In this document: in pieces, positions 62,767-64,000 of the stretch
Position numbering within the stretch: the first letter of the stretch is position 1
Layout of the letters: each line of letters starts with the position of its first letter
Notes under the pieces: model-generated
What the model saw: the letters and a program-made list of their open reading frames with translations, nothing else
What the model was told of the DNA's origin: nothing
The model's database searches: none
Assembly: GCA_035275285.1 (NCBI GenBank)
Contig: DATENA010000068.1
Coordinates: forward strand, 303-64,302
Reading direction: 5' to 3'
DNA from: Fibrobacteria bacterium
Lineage (GTDB): Bacteria > Fibrobacterota > Fibrobacteria > UBA11236
DNA length: 64,000 nt
Translations under genes and position numbers: made by a program

Positions 62767-64000
62767 GTGAGAATCCTGTATTTCAACTATCAGATTTCTT
62801 CCTTCGCGTCCATCGTGCGTTCTTTGGAATATGCCAAAGGCGCCGCGGACGAAGGCCATGAGGTGGAGCTCTGCTACCTGCATCCGGCCTTCCGGCCTCC
62901 GGAATCGTATTATGATCTGATCGCGGCTTACGAATCGCCTCGTTTACGCGTCCGCTATCCCCCCCGCAAACAAGCCGCGGCCGGCGCCGTAAAGCGCCCG
63001 ATCCCTGGCAAGGCCGCGGACGGGAAGCCGGATCTGAGGGCCTTGTACCGGCAAATCGCCGTCTCCCCGAGGTTCATCCCGCAAGAGCTCAAGCTCGTCG
63101 ACCGATTCCGCCCGGACGTGCTGATGGCGCGTTCGGACCCGACCCTTTCCTTCATGGCGACCGCGCGACTGCGTTCTTTGCCTCTGGTCCTCGAGACCGA
63201 CGGGCCGGTCGAGGAAATGGACCGATATTGGGGAGTGGACTCGAGCTGGGTGCGGCCCCTGGATTCCTGGCGCGCGCGCCGGGCCGACGCCCTGCTCTAC
63301 ATCAGCGAGGCCTGCCGGGAACTATGGCTGAGCAAGCGCATCCGGAGGGAAAAATTGTTCTACACGCCGAACGCCGCCCATCCGGATCGCTTCCGTCCCC
63401 AGAACCCCTCGGTTCGCCGTGAGTTGCGGGCCAAGTTCGGACTCGACGGGAACGCCAAGGTCATCGGTTTTTCGGGGATCCTGCGCCCATGGCATGGCCT
63501 GGACAACCTCCTCGCGGCGGCGCTGCCCCTTCTCGAGGAAGACCCCGACGTGCGCATTCTCCTCATCGGCGCCGTGGACGGTCCCGGCGTCCTCGATCGC
63601 TGCGGCCTTCCCGAGGCCATCCGCAAGGAGAGGTTGGTATTCACCGGCCCCGTTCCCTACGCCCGGATGGGGGACCATATCGATTTGGCCGATTGCTTGG
63701 CATTGCCGTACGCCCATTCGACCCTTTTCCACTTCTCGCCGATGAAGCTGTTCGAGGGCATGAGTCTGGGAAAGGTCATCGTGGCACCGCGCATGGGGCA
63801 GATCAAGGAAATGCTCGGGGACCTTTCTTCGCCGGCCCTCTATGATCCCCACGGAGGCGTTGTCGCGTTGCGGGAAGCCCTCAAGGAAGGCTTGCGGCGG
63901 AGCTCCGCCGCAGCGGACGGGAAGGTGGCCGGAGCCGATGCCCGCGCCCGCATCGAGAAGGCGCATACCTGGGCCCATCGAGGCAAGGTGGTCTCACAAG
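62767..64000 (+). CDS. Glycosyltransferase family 4, 3'-partial (absent from the ORF track)
   Basis: GTG start after GAAGG. I translated it by hand, open to the window end: MRILYFNY..., IGFSGILRPWHG, FSPMKLFEGMSLGK.IVA, HTWAHR. Confidence 0.9.
   Translation, partial: MRILYFNYQISSFASIVRSLEYAKGAADEGHEVELCYLHPAFRPPESYYDLIAAYESPRLRVRYPPRKQAAAGAVKRPIPGKAADGKPDLRALYRQIAVSPRFIPQELKLVDRFRPDVLMARSDPTLSFMATARLRSLPLVLETDGPVEEMDRYWGVDSSWVRPLDSWRARRADALLYISEACRELWLSKRIRREKLFYTPNAAHPDRFRPQNPSVRRELRAKFGLDGNAKVIGFSGILRPWHGLDNLLAAALPLLEEDPDVRILLIGAVDGPGVLDRCGLPEAIRKERLVFTGPVPYARMGDHIDLADCLALPYAHSTLFHFSPMKLFEGMSLGKVIVAPRMGQIKEMLGDLSSPALYDPHGGVVALREALKEGLRRSSAAADGKVAGADARARIEKAHTWAHRGKVVSQ

Overview
This is a high-GC bacterial chromosomal segment, most consistent with Fibrobacterota: it has two TIGR02147-family genes, a 'GTEVGNP' lipoprotein and several proteins with T9SS-like C-terminal domains. 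I found no rRNA, tRNA, CRISPR array or transposase. Five blocks stand out. (1) 1.7-13.5 kb: a compact, partly translationally coupled operon of ECF sigma factor, HExxGH metalloprotein, a 73-aa peptide resembling a split-borosin precursor and ending in Trp, a putative PT-barrel prenyltransferase, a TyrDC-like PLP decarboxylase, a pseudokinase/AAA/GAF/LytS-type hybrid kinase and a LytTR regulator. This is my best candidate for an undescribed RiPP-like or signalling system. (2) 13.7-27.2 kb: secreted proteins, regulators, two ring-cleavage dioxygenase-family genes and an SCP2 + amylo-alpha-1,6-glucosidase pair. (3) 27.3-31.6 kb: two Phd/YefM-VapC toxin-antitoxin modules bracketing a receiver protein and an ECF42-YciI pair. 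(4) 31.6-43.1 kb: a putative phosphorus-scavenging locus (PhoX, TonB-dependent receptor, two beta-helix paralogues). (5) 43.3-64 kb: a surface polysaccharide cluster (Wzx, four GT4s, two deacetylases, two methyltransferases, two GNATs, a heparinase II/III-like lyase) with a frameshifted alpha/beta-hydrolase inside it. Several genes look as if a single base is missing in a homopolymer run, so assembly error must be excluded. All family calls come from reading motifs by eye; no database searches were run.
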